From: Trichosphaerium sp. ATCC 40318
Taxonomy: Eukaryota; Protista; Tubulinea
DNA: 64,000 nucleotides
Assembly: GCA_038496445.1 (NCBI GenBank)
Contig: JALMLS010000344.1
Location: 1 to 64,000 of the forward strand
Reading direction: 5' to 3'
The position numbers were made by a program, and so were the translations under genes. This document shows positions 24,180 through 37,571 of the stretch, in pieces (the stretch's first letter is position 1; each line of letters starts with the position of its first letter). Under the pieces are notes generated by a model. It was given only the letters and a program-made list of their open reading frames with translations, had not been told where the DNA came from and did not search any database.

Positions 24180-27100
24180 ATGGAAGTTGATAACATTTCT
24201 GGTAATAAACGTAAGGCAGAGGACACGGGTGAACCCACAGAAAGCGAAGTCCCTGCCAAAAAGCAGAAAACAGAGGGATCAGACGAAGAGGCACCGAAAG
24301 TAGAGGAAAAAGTGCGAGATGAGGCGGACATTGGTATACAATTGTTTAGATCGCCTGGGCCTGAAGTGCATTCAGTTTTGAAGCACCTGTACGTTTTTGA
24401 CATTACTATGCATTGTAACTAGTATTCTAGGTACCATGACTTTATTGTACACGAGATTGACCCAGAAGGTAATATTGTGCGGTTAACAGACCAAGAAACT
24501 CTACCACCGAGCCCGTATGAAGTTCCAAGTGCGTAAATACGGCCTATATTCTGGCTACGCGATTTTCTAACGTTATTTTTTAGGAAGGAAGGGTCTTACG
24601 CCTGATGAGGCCGTTAATGAAGCCTTTGGGGACAAAGCAGCCGAAGTAATGAAGTTTCTACGATGCCAAAAGCCAGCACCTCGCTCCATGAATGGTATTT
24701 CATTTGACCTTTACTTCTTTGTTATACTTACACAGCTGTATTAGTTCCAGCGCCGGTAGATAAGGAAAAGCGAAAACAAATGCATCTTTGTGTAAAAGCG
24801 TTCTTTAAGAACTATGCGTACGTGTAACCTCTATATTACTTTTATTTGCAAAGTTAAAACACCTTTTTTCAAGAAATCGCTTGTCCATCTCAGAGAGAAA
24901 GACCCGACTTTTTGTCAACTTTTCGAATTTTTTTTTTCAGTGAGTTTCACATTAACATAAATTTCTCAGAACCATCACAAAAGGGACACCAGAGAGTCCT
25001 GTAATAAAAATATGGCTTGTATTACCAAAACACAGAGCAAAGTCTATTCAACATAGATGGCCTAAGAAGCATCCGCAACACCTTAAGTTTGTTTTGTACA
25101 AGGAAAACACAGATACTGGTTCTGCTGTTGCCACTCTATGTAGAGCTGTTGGGTACGTATAACACATATTTTTGTAAACATATTTCAGAGCTGTGGTTAG
25201 TTAGCAGTCTGCTAGGATTTCATTCTTTTTTTTTTATTTTTGGTTTTTGTTTTTCGGGTTTTCTTGCGTTGATTATTGTTAATTGTGGTGTAGTATTAAA
25301 CCAAAGATTATCGATTACGCTGGTAATAAGGATAAAAGAGGTGTTACTGTACGTATAAATTATATCTGTGCTTTACATCAAAATACTAAGTTACTTGTTT
25401 AGACTCAATACATGACAGCTCACAGAGTAACTGCAGAGAAACTCAGAAGAGCAGGATTACCTCAAAGCATGAGGTATGTGCATCATGTAATTAGTAAGTT
25501 CAGTATCTAACTGATATTTGTTTGTAGAGTCGGTAATTTCAGTTACACCAATGACAAGGTCACAATGGGAAAACTTAATGGTAATCTCTTTACTATTGTA
25601 TTAAGGTACATATGAACACCGTTTATTATTTGCTTTTTTACTTTTGTACCCCTTACCAGGCAGAATTTTTGAACATTGAACTTTTTTCATGCGTTTTTAT
25701 GTACTCACTTTTCTTGATTGTAGAGAAATCAATATTGATAAAGAAACAATCGGAACCACTGTGGATAACTTGGCAAAACGTGGATTTATCAATTACTTCG
25801 GTAACCAGCGTTTTGGTACAGGTATGCAGATCTATTTATTTGTATTCTGTGTTTCTAAAGTAAATTTAAGGCGAGGTTGGTACTCATGAGATCGGACTGG
25901 CCATGATTCAAGAAGAATACGAGAAAGCTTTCAAAATGATATTAGCACCACGTGCTGGAGGTACAATCGTCATTATCTAAGTTTAAAGCTAAACTGTTCT
26001 CTTTTTAGAGACTGGAAGAGGAAAAAGAGCAAAGGACTTGTATCTTTACATGAATGATATTGAAGCAGCAATACAAGTAATGCCATACGGTTACGTCATT
26101 GAAAAGAGACTCCTTCAAGGTACTTTGGGATTTTTATCATGTGTACGCTTAGTTTAATCGTTTAACTAGGTCTTGAGAAGAGCAGAGTGTACAACTACCT
26201 CGAAGCAATTACAAGTACGAATTTTTTTCTTGATTTTTTTTCTCTTTATTTTTTTTTTGACACAAGGTGAGTTACATTACTTACTAATCTTAAGGTCTAC
26301 CTAAATACACTTACTTGACTTACTTGCATGCTTACCAAAGTTACATTTGGAATCACATGGCTACTGAGAGACTTAGAAGTACGTAGATTGGAGAAAACAC
26401 CAAAAAAAGTATTAATTTTTTTTTCATCTTAGCTTTCGGAGAGGAAGTATTGGTTGGTGATCTCGTAACCAAAGAAGAAAAGTACAACCCTGATGTACCT
26501 CCAATATACGTCACCGAAGCAAATAAAGGCGAATACACATTGAATGATGTAATACTGCCAATCCCTGGGTACGTCCCACTATTCTCAGCAAACTGCTTTT
26601 TTTTCTATTGAGCTTGTTATTTGCTTATTGTTATGCTTAGGTTCAACTCGAAGTATCCAAAGAACGAGATGGGTACAAAGTATTCAGAGTTCATGGCAAA
26701 AGATAATATAAAGAAGGAAAGTTTCAATCCTAAATCTAAGACTATGCAACTTCGTGGTAGTTACCGTAAATTATTATGTGTTCCACAAAAAGTTTCTTGG
26801 TGAGTATTTATGAACAGCTTTTTTTTTTTTTGACTTTTTGTGCTTTTGTTCTTTCTTTTTTCTTTCTGTTCGTTTGTTGGTAATCCTGATATTTTTAATA
26901 GGGAATATGTTGCTTACAATGATCCTGGAAAGCACTTGGCTTTAACTGACGCTGATGCACTTGAGAAACGAGATTTAAGAGGCATTGTAGCTGATGGTAT
27001 GTTACTTGTTGTTTTATCTTTTTTTTCTTTTCTTACTCTCTGTAGGTAAGTTCAAGGCGCTTGTGATCACCTTCCAATTAAGTAGTGGTTGTTATGCAAC

Positions 27101-27391
27101 ACAATGTCTTCGCGAGCTAACTCATAGACCAATGCATAGGTACGTGCAGACATGAAACTTCGAAGCTTTTTTTTTGATCAATCGGTTTTTGTACCTTGGC
27201 TAACTTTTTCTTTCAGAGGATTCCAAAAGCAGTTGTCTGCTTTAACTAATGAGGCTTTGAAAGAAGCAGCTGATAAGCCTAACATAAGGGAGGATAAGAT
27301 TAAAAAGGACCCTCCATTATCAAAGGCAGAGAAGAAGAGACTTGCTGATGCTGAGAAGGCTAGAAGATACGTAGGACCAATCGTATTGTGA
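24180..27391 (+). CDS. PUS7: Pseudouridine synthase PUS7 (TruD family)
   Basis: LKHLYHDFIVHEI, FVLYKENTDT, catalytic YAGNKDKRGVT, GKLNGNLFTIVLR, GFINYFGNQRFGT, YLHAYQSYIWN and FQLSSGCYATQCLREL. Confidence 0.95.
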
Positions 27392-27692
27392 TTTAAATAC
27401 AAATTATATGATTTCTTGTTAATAAATCAATCGCTTTTATGCAAAAGGCTTTTGCGTTTGCAACGTTAAAGCCTTTACTGCTTTGAAATGCCATTAATAA
27501 ACTAATTGTAAACACTTGCAAGTTTTTTTTGACACTTTTTTTGTAAAATCACGTGTCTGAGCACAATATTAGTGCACTAGTTGACGAGCGTCACATTCCA
27601 TTCAGGGCAACTTGTAATGTCTGTCTTAAGCTTTCTTGGCCTTGACTTAAAGAATCGTTGACTTCTAGTTCCACTACGCACCTTATAATAAC

Positions 27693-28744
27693 ATGACAGA
27701 GTTTAGTTGCGAACCTACATCGTTTGCTAAAGGCGATTACGTTTCTCCGAACTTTAAAGCAATTAACGTTGGTGCGAGAGATGTAGAAAAGCGCTCATCT
27801 AATGCAATAAGACTCTTGTTTCCCAAACAAATCGCTTGGTAACGTAGAAGACATTAAAAACCCTTTATTCCGCAAACAAATAACGCATAACTGGTACATT
27901 GATGAGAGTTACCCTCAGTGCGGCTTCCTTACACGAGATGAAGCACATATTCTTGTATGAGCTTTAACTTGTCAATTAACTAACCCTTGAGCAATAGTAT
28001 AATGCTGGTCTTGTTGTTAAAGGCAAGAACGCTCTTGAAATTGGCTCACACGTGGGATGGTCTACAATACACCTTGGACTGTCTGGTACGCGTACAATAG
28101 AGTTCTAGGTGCTAATGACGATGTTTTGGTGTTATTTTGGACGTTGTTGAACCAATGCTTACCCACGATCCTCGCATCCTTCTAAGCGTGGTTTCTGCCC
28201 TTCGAAAAGCTAAAATACACGACAACGTCAACTTAGCTCCCGGATTTAGCCCTGCCAAAGGTAAGCAGAAAGTGTAATCGTTCCGAATTTAAAGCTCGCA
28301 GTTGAGGAACTAGTGGCCACTAAGAAGGATCTTAAATGGTCTCTCATCTTTATTGATGGTAATCACAATGGAGACTACCCATTACATGACGCACAGGCAC
28401 GTTTAAATTGGATAGAGTCCTCATCCAAAAAAAAACTAATTTTGTGGCAGGTCTGTTCAAAGTACGCTGCTGCTGACTCTATGATATTGTTTCATGACCT
28501 CGTCTTCCCAGTAAGTCAAGCTATTAGTCGTACTAACTTGCTGTACTAATACACAAGAAAGGACGTAGCCAAGGGATTCGCATACTTGCATGAGAAAGGA
28601 TGGAATACGATGATTTACAACACTCAACAGATAATGGGTGTAGCTTGGAGAGGTAATATTACACCTCCAAAGCATACTCCAGATCCAAAGTACAGCCCTT
28701 GGCCAGTACCAGATCACCTCAAGCATTATAAACAAAGCACATAA
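27693..28744 (+). CDS. Class I SAM-dependent methyltransferase (Methyltransf_24-like), bacterial type, 5 introns
   Basis: HNWYIDESYPQCGFLTRDEAHILYN..ALEIGSHVGWST, WSLIFIDGNH, ILFHDL, and GWNTMIYNTQQIMGVAWRGN. Confidence 0.85.
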
Positions 28745-28909
28745 TGTAAGATATTTCATTGTACAAGAACCGAACATACGAATTAAATTTAAACGTATAT
28801 CCGGTAAAATTTTTCTTTCTTTTTTTTTTTTGGCTTTCCAAAAGAAACCAACCAACTGATTGAAAGAAAAATAATAATAAAACAAGTTGTTGATACTGTT
28901 CTTTTTGTT

Positions 28910-31167
28910 TTACTGGCTTCTGATTGTTTTAAAGTGACTCCATACTCTAAAATGAAAAAAAAATGATTAGGTGCACATTTCTTTGTAAAAATAAGTGAAA
29001 TGGATTACTAACCTTGAAACAAGTACAGTTTTTTTACCGACTGTTGAGAGTTTATTACTTTTTAAGTAGTGTCGAAGTTCTGTGACTAAAGAAGAAAAAA
29101 ATCAGAAAAACAAGTAGCGCAAACGCAAAAGAGTTGCCAGAGAAACGAGGGTTAAAAAAAAAAGGCGTTCGTACCTAGTGCGAGGCTAATATTTTGTTGC
29201 GTCATTGACATAGCTCCTTTCTTAAGATCAGTATGCTTAGGCCTATTCTTAACAGACCATTGCTTCTTTATCTAGAAACATGTCAAAAAAAATCTACCAA
29301 CTTGTGAGAAAACATACCGTAACTTGGGTTCTCTTTACGTTCATATCAACTGCTCTCAAGGCATGTCTCGTTACTTTTCTAGGTGGTGTATTGGCTTCAA
29401 CAGCTTCTACTGAATCTTCTTCAATGTCACTCTCAACTTGGCTATCAACTTCACTTTCAGAGTCGCTTTCGACTTCGCTCTCTTGAATAGAGTCAAAAAA
29501 AATTTGCAACAAGAAAAAATACAAACCTTGAGATGTGACTTCATCGTCGCTATTTTCTTCATCACTGTCAACCTCTTCGCCTTGGGCAATTTCTGTTTGT
29601 CGGGTGAATAGGATTTGATACATGAGGTTGGGAGTACCTGAATCAGCTACGCTAATATCTTGTTCCACAATCTCTTCTTCGCTCATGGCTTCTTCTTCAC
29701 TCTCCTCTAGAGGATCGTTGTCCTCCAATGAGACCTTTGCGAATTCAGCAGTGAGGTTAGGTAATGTATCCATAGCAGGAGATTGAGCCTAAGGCTAGTG
29801 TTAGACGAGTTGTTATTTGTTTACTTGCCTCTTTTTTCGATGAAGAATCTTGAACTGGGGTTTGATAGCTCATATCGTCGTCAGCGAGGTCATCTACATT
29901 GATTTTAGTACGTTACAAGCGACTAGAAGAACAAAAAAAGCAAAGTCTTACCATCCATGCCAGGTGGCAAATCTAAAGCGCCCTGAGGCGACTTTGTGTA
30001 TGTAGGAGATCTACGAGAGCCTTGGGCGTGCATCATGTGAGAAAAGTGTCCGTGGCAGCCGGATTGAGGTGTTTTTGGTCTTTTCTTTTTGGAAGCTGGT
30101 GAAAAGAATGTTGCGATTCTATCAAAGCTGAATGACTTTATAGGTGTAGGAGTACTTGAAGATACTCTTCTCCTCTGTGCTGATCTCGCGGAAGATGATT
30201 TTGGAGATTTTAGAGGAGTGCAATAGTCGATTACGCGCTTCATCATTGGAGATTTCTAAAAAGCGTTAACACGAGTTCTGATACACTACGATACGAAAAA
30301 AAACCCGCGTAGTGCAACTCTACAAAAACTCGTTCATTCTTTTTTTGAAATTGAGCGGTTGGCGAAGACGTTAAAACGTACTATGCTATCTGATACATCA
30401 GTGGATGATCTAGATATTGCTTTGGTTTTCAAAGCTATTTCTTGAAGAAGGGGCTGGTTCAGGTATTGGTCAAATAGAACTTCGATACCTGTTCATAATG
30501 TTACTATATGCACTTTGCGGGTACAAAATACTTTGCGTTAACGCAAAAAAAATAAAACAAAAAAGTGCCACGTACCAGACAAAGCCACTTCTTCACATAA
30601 AATGTTGCCAATCAAATCATCAGCATTTTCAGGGACAACGATATTTAGGTCTTCTGCTATCTCGGCGGCAAAACCATATTCGCATAATTCCTGTATCCAA
30701 GCCTGTATGATGTATTTAGTGGATAGTACTACTTTTGTTTGTAAAAAAAGGTTTTTGAAGGATTAGTTGTTTGAACTTTTCAAAAAAATTTGGCGCGAAC
30801 GTTATTTGGTAATACGTTGTATACACGTTTGTGTGGTGAATGTCGGTCTAGTGAAGGTCTAATGAAGTACCTGTATTCCTGGGTTTTGTACAGCAGTCAT
30901 GCGAAATTCTATGATTGCCTCTTCATCTGCAGGTTGTACGTGGTACTTTTCGAGCACCTTCGCTAGCAAAGGGACGGAAAGACGCGCAAAAAAAACTTCC
31001 AAACCGATATCAACTACACATAGCGCTATGTAAGCCATATTTTCGCTCTTGTTGTGTTTCATCGGATCATATTCAGTTTCAAGTGCTGACACGATCATAC
31101 AGATGGTCTTTTGATCCAAATAGGTATCAAGGAGATTGGTGAATTTATTCAACAAGTGTTGTGCCAT
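28910..31167 (-). CDS. Protein with helical N-terminus, S/T-P-rich and acidic middle, and C-terminal SAP domain
   Basis: Exons join from MAQHLLNKF (31167) to VTELRHYLKSNKLSTVGKKTVLVSR|VWSHF, a SAP helix-loop-helix pattern. Many SP/TP sites. Confidence 0.65.
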
Positions 31168-31353
31168 TTGGAGCGTTTAGGTGTTTGTAACGGCTATTAG
31201 AAAGTTAAGTGAGACACAAACTTGGCAAAACTATTTTGACCTTGTTTGAAAATAGTTTTCCATTAATTACTCATAAAGTACCGAGGTTATACTACTCCTA
31301 TACGTATACGTGAAGTTATTGCCATGGAACATTATAAATAAAAACGTTTAAAG

Positions 31354-34300
31354 ATGGCTACAGACTTGGATAAAGTAGATAAAATCATCAGCCTACAGGG
31401 CCCGCACCTGTCTATAGTTTCACAGAGCTTGACTGAATTTCCGTGCTTCGCGAACAAAACTATTCGTGGGCGATCTGTAACCGATGTAGTTACATCAATA
31501 GACTTGTCTGTAAACAAACTAAGGTATTTAGCAACGCAAATGCTTTTCGTGAACTACAAATATCGATTGAAACACTAACACTACGTTATCAGGGACCTCA
31601 ACCAGTTAGCAGCATTCCCTAACTTGAAGAATTTAATTCTGGACCACAACCTGCTAGAAGCCTCTGATTTTACAGACCTTGAGCCTATTCTCACACTACA
31701 AACGCTATGGATAAATCATAACAACGTATCCTAACCGTAACTGCTTCCTTTAATCTTCACCCAAGTTTCGGCTTTTTAGAAACACAATACTGTGTTAAAG
31801 TATAGGCCTGTCGCCGATGGTGATTTTCCTTAACTAAGCGATAGATCACAAACCTCGTTTTGCTCATGGAGAACTTTAAAACTACGTTCCCTAACCTCAC
31901 CTATCTCAGTATGGTAAACAATCCTTGCACACCCAATACGTTCATTGAAGAGATGAGAGACTCCTATCAAACGTTTAGAACATACGTCATTTCAATGTTA
32001 CCTAAACTACAAACGTTAGACGCCACAGTTGTACGTTTAAATGATTACACAAGCCAATTAATAATTATTGAACGTTTGCTTTTCTAAAAAACGCCAACGG
32101 GTTTCTATTTACATCATTAATCAGGTGAGTGCACAAGAGAGGCATGACGCTGAAGGTGAGGTGGAATTACCACCACCTTCCGGAGCTTACAATATTATTT
32201 CACCTCTAGCAGTACGTTACTTATGTTTTATTTGCTGTAGTATCGTCTAACACTTAGAATAGCGTGCTGATGTTGGTTTTACGTTACATAAACAAGGATC
32301 GCTCATGTTGGTGGAACCTAACGCTAAATCATTGCAGACTTATCGCGATTATTGGCTTGTTTTAGGAGAATGTAAATTGCTTGTATTCCAGAACCCAGAG
32401 CACGCTCAGCCATTGCAAGTAATAAACTTGAACGGTCGTGCAGTTGAAGAAAAGGTTAGAGATGTTGATATACTGACCAAGGTGCGCCAAGGGCTCATTT
32501 TGGCCAAGTTTTAGCTTTTATTTAATTTTTTCTCTTTCTTTCGTACTTATGAGGTTATAGATTGACCCATGTCTTTATACGTTCGCTCTTGAAGACTCTA
32601 CTGAAGGCTTTGCGCCTACAGTATACTTTGCAGCACAAACCCAAGAAGTTATAGAGAGCTGGATGGACGCTATTCAAAAAGAGATTGACGGTCCTGATGC
32701 CCCCGGGAATGGTAAGCCTCCAAAAGTACTTATTGGAAGCACTGGAAATAAGCGTCGTATAAAGCGGGTACGCTCGCAGGAATCAAAGCAACTATTTTAT
32801 GTGAAAATAACTTTTTTGTTGTTTTGTTTTTATCTTCTTTCTGTTAAGCCTCTAATACTTTAAAACTAGCTTTCGAGCCAACTCTCATCATTTTTAATAA
32901 ATCCAGAGGAGATTAAGCTCTCCAGAGGTGCGTTAACGTGCCCTACACGCTTTGCGAAAACTAATTTATTTTCTCTTAAGTTTTGGGTAATGGAGAGTTT
33001 GGAACTGTCTACAAGGGTTATTGTAGGACTAAAACAGTTGCTGTAAAGGTTTTACATAACCAAAACCTTGGAGAGGACGAAATAGATGAATTTCTCAATG
33101 AGATTGAGATTATGAGTAAAGTTCATCATTCTAATGTAGTCATGTTTATGGGTGTTTGCGTAAAAGGTTAGTTTTACAGTCCAGGCTTGGTTTAAAATCC
33201 AGACTTTGAAGTTTTTTTAAGTTTTTTGTTTAAGCTCTTTTGTTTACCGTCTCTATAGGTCCTTTGATGATTATTACAGAACTTATGAAGACAGACCTAT
33301 CAAAACTATTGTTAGATCGTCATTTACCATTACCATTGGCAACACGACTAAAGTACGTGTTACAAAACAAATTCTGACAGACAATCTTTTTTTTTGCTTT
33401 GTTTTGAAAGTGTTTTATTCGTTTTTAAGTACTCACAATGTTTATCTATAGAATGGCTAAAGACTGTGCCATGGGACTTAGCTGGCTTCACGGATGTGAT
33501 CCAATGATTTTACATCGTGATATTGTATGCCACATTTCGTAGATGTGAACTTGTTTAAAGCGTTGTTTTGACTTTGCTTTTGTTTAGAAACCCACTAATT
33601 TTTTGGTTGATGACTCTTATCGAGTCGTTGTATCTGATTTTGGATTTGCAGAGATTTTAGGACGTGGTTCATGGACCACAGATGACAGAGGGAGCTTTAA
33701 AGGCTCTCTTTACTACATGGCACCAGAAATTCTACGAGGAGGCAATTTTAATGAAAAATCTGATGTATACTCCTTTGGTATCGTATTGTGGTGTATTATT
33801 GAACGTGATGAACCTTATGAGGAATTATCATCACTTGATGTACCTCAAGCAATCCGTAAAGTGCGTAGAAATGTCAAACTCTGAAAAACAAAACAACAGT
33901 TTTGGTCATGTGCAGTTTTTGCTTATTTCTTCTTTTTTTTGTAGTTGCTTTGGGAAGAACATAGGCCACAGTTTTCTGCTGATATACCAAAGGAGCTTGA
34001 AGAGCTCACAAAGTCATGCTGGGATGAAGATGCTGAGAAACGTCCTTCTTTTGAAGAACTTGTTAGTAAGATAAAACAAATGATTGTTCATGTAGCTATA
34101 AGAGACAAAGACGCACAGGACTTTTGGCTTGAGGTACACCAACACGAATAAAAAAAAACACAGTTTAAAAACTCTGTCACGTGACACGTGACAGAGGTTG
34201 TGAGGTTGTTTTGTTAACATTTTTTTTAGAATTTTGGAGGAAAACGTAAGGTTGAGTGGAGTACCTTCTGGGAAAAGCTTACAAGCAAACGTGTTCATTT

Positions 34301-35257
34301 ATCAAAGCCAGATGAAGACGAAATAGTATTTAAAGCATTATGCTATGATAAACCTGAAGTGTCTCTTGGTAGCACTTTGAATCAACTAATGGATCCTAAT
34401 GTTAAGCTGTATATAACAGTTGAACAGTTTGGTAAATTGATGACATGGTTTGGTCCTCTAGGTACTTATTTTTAAACCTAAGTATCAGCTATTGTTAGTG
34501 TTACTTCTCTAGTTTGAAGCAATACAAAACTCGATAGTTGTAGGAACTGCAGGAGAGTCCTCTCTCAAGTTTTGGCAGTTTGCTTCTTCCTTCTTTGTTT
34601 TTTTTTGATTCAAACTAATTTGTTGCTTTAGTCAAAGATCGTGCCATTCTTAACTCTATGCGTCACTTGGCGCGTCAAAAATGGTTTTACGGATCATTAT
34701 CAGTAACAGATGCAATTGCACGACTGGCAGAGAATGCAGAAGGTATAGTTGGATAAACGTTTCTACAAGAAACAAAGATTAACACTTTCTTTAGGAAGTT
34801 TTCTTATTCGTTTCTCAAACTCTCGACCTGGTAGATATGCTCTTGGATATATTGACTCTAGTGGTGAAGTCACCCATGTAGCCATTCAAAAGAGTGTTTA
34901 CAAAGACAAAGATGGTCGATACAAGACAAAATTTAGTGCTAAATTCAAAGGAGAAAAAAGACAATCACATAATTCCCTTGGTCTTCTTGTGTCTTCTAGT
35001 AAGCACCTAATACAACCTTGCTCAGGATCTACATATAATATATTGGGCCACCTCATGAGAGCAAATTTGAAGACCTCAGAAGCTCGTGAAATAGGTGGTC
35101 GTAGAGCAACCCATTATACACCAGGACCTAGGTATGTTTGATTGTTTTTTTTTTCTTCTTTGCCTTTTTTGTTCATTCTATTGTTAGGAGCGCTGAATCT
35201 TCACCTGGAGCAAATAGTTTTCGTGCTCTTGATACTGTACCATACTGTAATTATTAA
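31354..35257 (+). CDS. LRR-PH-TKL kinase-SH2 protein (Shk-like)
   Basis: LRRs with cap (LKNLILDHN, LSMVNNP..FRTYVISMLPKLQTLD). PH domain (YWLVLGECKLLVF..FAAQTQEVIESWMDAI). Kinase motifs GNGEFG, VAVK, HRDIKPTN, DFG, MAPE. SH2 WFYG..GSFLIRFS. Confidence 0.92.
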
Positions 35258-36168
35258 AACGGCCTTTCTCCATCTCATTTTTTGTACAATGAATGAAAAG
35301 ACTGACATTGTAGGATAGTCCCTTCCCTTTTAGTTGTCTACTCAGACGTGCGCGGATCCTAACCGGCGCTGTATGCTATATTAGGCTAGAAAAAAGAGTG
35401 TAACCAATTGTTGGCATGTGCTTGGTCTGAGGACGAAAAGCCATGTCGGAACATCTACGCACAGATAACATTGGGTAATAGAATTGCAGACTAGAAATAA
35501 AGTTCACTACAATCGTACACAGCACAAAGAAAATAATAAGAATATGTACTATTTGTTGAAAAAATGTTTATTTCTGATACTATCTCTTCGGCCCTGGCCC
35601 AACTACAACACTATAGGCGTTGCCAGGCCGGATATTTTAAATTACTCATACGTGTAAGAGTTCGTAACCATGCGCTTTGCCAGTTACAAGCACGTACAAG
35701 GGACTGTACCAAAGTTGTTTCGTGCCACTTGCTACCTGTTAGGGCTTTGTAAAGTACCAGTGCTTGAAAATCGCTTTCCAAGACCATCAGTGTCATATGA
35801 TTGATTTAAGCAGATCAACTTGGTTTTGTACAGGTACACTGATCGTGTAGGTAAAAGGGTCGGATATGAAGGAACAGAACTGTTGTACTCGAGTTATTTG
35901 GTCAATGTGATTATAATCTCCAATTGTAGCTTTACCAGTTACACCCTAAAAGATGTTAGGACGTACGTTAAACAAAGAAAATAAGAGTGTAACTGATATG
36001 CGCTCTTTAGGATTTATTACGGTTTCCGTACATCCTAGGATGTACAAAAGCTTTAGCATACCCAAAACAGCGATGCGACAATCACATTACAAGCAAGCAA
36101 AAAGAGAGACTGAAATACTGCCATTGCGTGGCTCACCACATTGCAGCTATGTACATACCTCAAGGACG

Positions 36169-37384
36169 ATGCGGTTGCGCTCCCCACTGCGAGTTTACTC
36201 GACTGACCACCGTGCCACTGGTAGTCATTTTGTACCAGACATAGAAGAGGTACAATTTTGTTGTGTCAATTTTTAGTAAAACGTCACATGTAAATGTTTA
36301 GTCACGTGTTTTTTTAACTGAATAGTGTTGTTTTACAAGTCACGTGTTTTTTCAACTGAACGTTTTTGTAAAGGAGCTTTTCGAAAACAGCCAAACCGTT
36401 AAATCACGCAGATACTTGAGTGGAACAAAAAAAGGCTTAGATGAAGTCTTTTATGAGAATGGTCAATTGTTTGCTACATGCTACTTTGACGATCAAGGAA
36501 GAGAACAAGGGGACTTCAAGATGTGGCACAAAAATGGTGTTCCGTTTTCAAGAGCATATTTTAAAGACGGGAAGAAACAAGGGGTAGACGAAACTTGGTA
36601 TGAGAGTGGTAAAATACAACAGCAAACTGTATTCAAAGATGACAAGAAAGAAGGCCAACAGAAAGAGTGGCATGATAATGGCCAATTAAGCTCACAATGT
36701 CATTTCAAAGATGATAAGAAAGAAGGCGAACAGAAAGAGTGGTATGAGAATGGCCAAATAAGTTTCCATATCTTTTACAAGCAAGGAAACTGTGAAGGCG
36801 AAGCTAGAACATGGTACGAAAGCGGACAACAAAAGACCCAGTTATTCTACAAAGAAGGACTTGTACTTCAAGGTAAAATGTGGTATGAAAATGGAAATTT
36901 GAGGTATCACCAGCACTACAAGAATAAATTGTGCCATGGTGAAGGAAAAGACTATTATGAGAATGGACAATTGAAAGCGCTAGCTTCCTTCAGAGAAGGA
37001 TTAAAAGAAGGTGAATTCAAGCAGTGGCATGAAAACAGAAGCTTATGTATACATTGCTATTTCAAAGGTGGCTACAAAGATGGTGTATACAAACAATGGC
37101 ATGATAATGGTCAATTCTGGTTACTATGTAGTTTCAAAGATGGCAATAAAGAAGGTGAAGCAAACGAGTGGTACGCAAATGGTCAATTATATTGGAGAAC
37201 ATTCTTCAAAGATGATAAGCAAAATGGGAAAAAAATAAAATGGCATAAAAATGGGCAAATGAAATTGCTTGAGTATTTTAAAGATGGCAAGAAGGTAGGT
37301 GATTCAAAAGAGTGGTATGAAGATGGTCAATTAAAGGAGAAAAGTGCCACTAGAGATGGTGAAGAAAAAGGTTCACAAGATTGA
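36169..37384 (+). CDS. MORN-variant repeat protein (YwqK-like), one 5' intron (36250-36373)
   Basis: About 13 repeats of W(Y/H)ENGQ..(Y/F)KDGKKEG in a single 1-kb exon. A 27-codon first exon from ATG 36169 joins in frame via GTACAA..AAG. Confidence 0.85.
36301..36360. repeat. Two ~22-bp direct repeats GTCACGTGTTTTT(T/C)AACTGAA in the MORN-gene intron
   Basis: Copies at 36301-36322 and 36339-36360. Confidence 0.8.
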
Positions 37385-37571
37385 TAAAACTGATAGTGAA
37401 ATTATGGACCATTTTACACATTAGCTAGCGTTCCTTGTAGATGAACTGAAAAATAAAAAGTACATTTTGGATTACAAAGTCAATGAGAATACTGCAAATA
37501 CACCTTTCAATTGAGACACTCTAGACACCTAGTAAACTACAAAGGAGACCATGTTCTATAATTTTAAATGA

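Noticed and set aside
35400-36150. Gene between the kinase and MORN genes
   Set aside because: Short frames on both strands do not join into a recognisable protein. It may be a decayed gene, but I cannot support a call.
36283-36420. Point-centromere CDEI (RTCACRTG) elements
   Set aside because: No CDEII/CDEIII arrangement, the motifs lie in an intron, and the organism is not a budding yeast.
16794-37384. YwqG-like and YwqK-like genes as a transferred Bacillus ywq toxin-immunity locus
   Set aside because: They are ~18 kb apart with housekeeping genes between them, there is no toxin gene, and MORN-variant repeats are generic.
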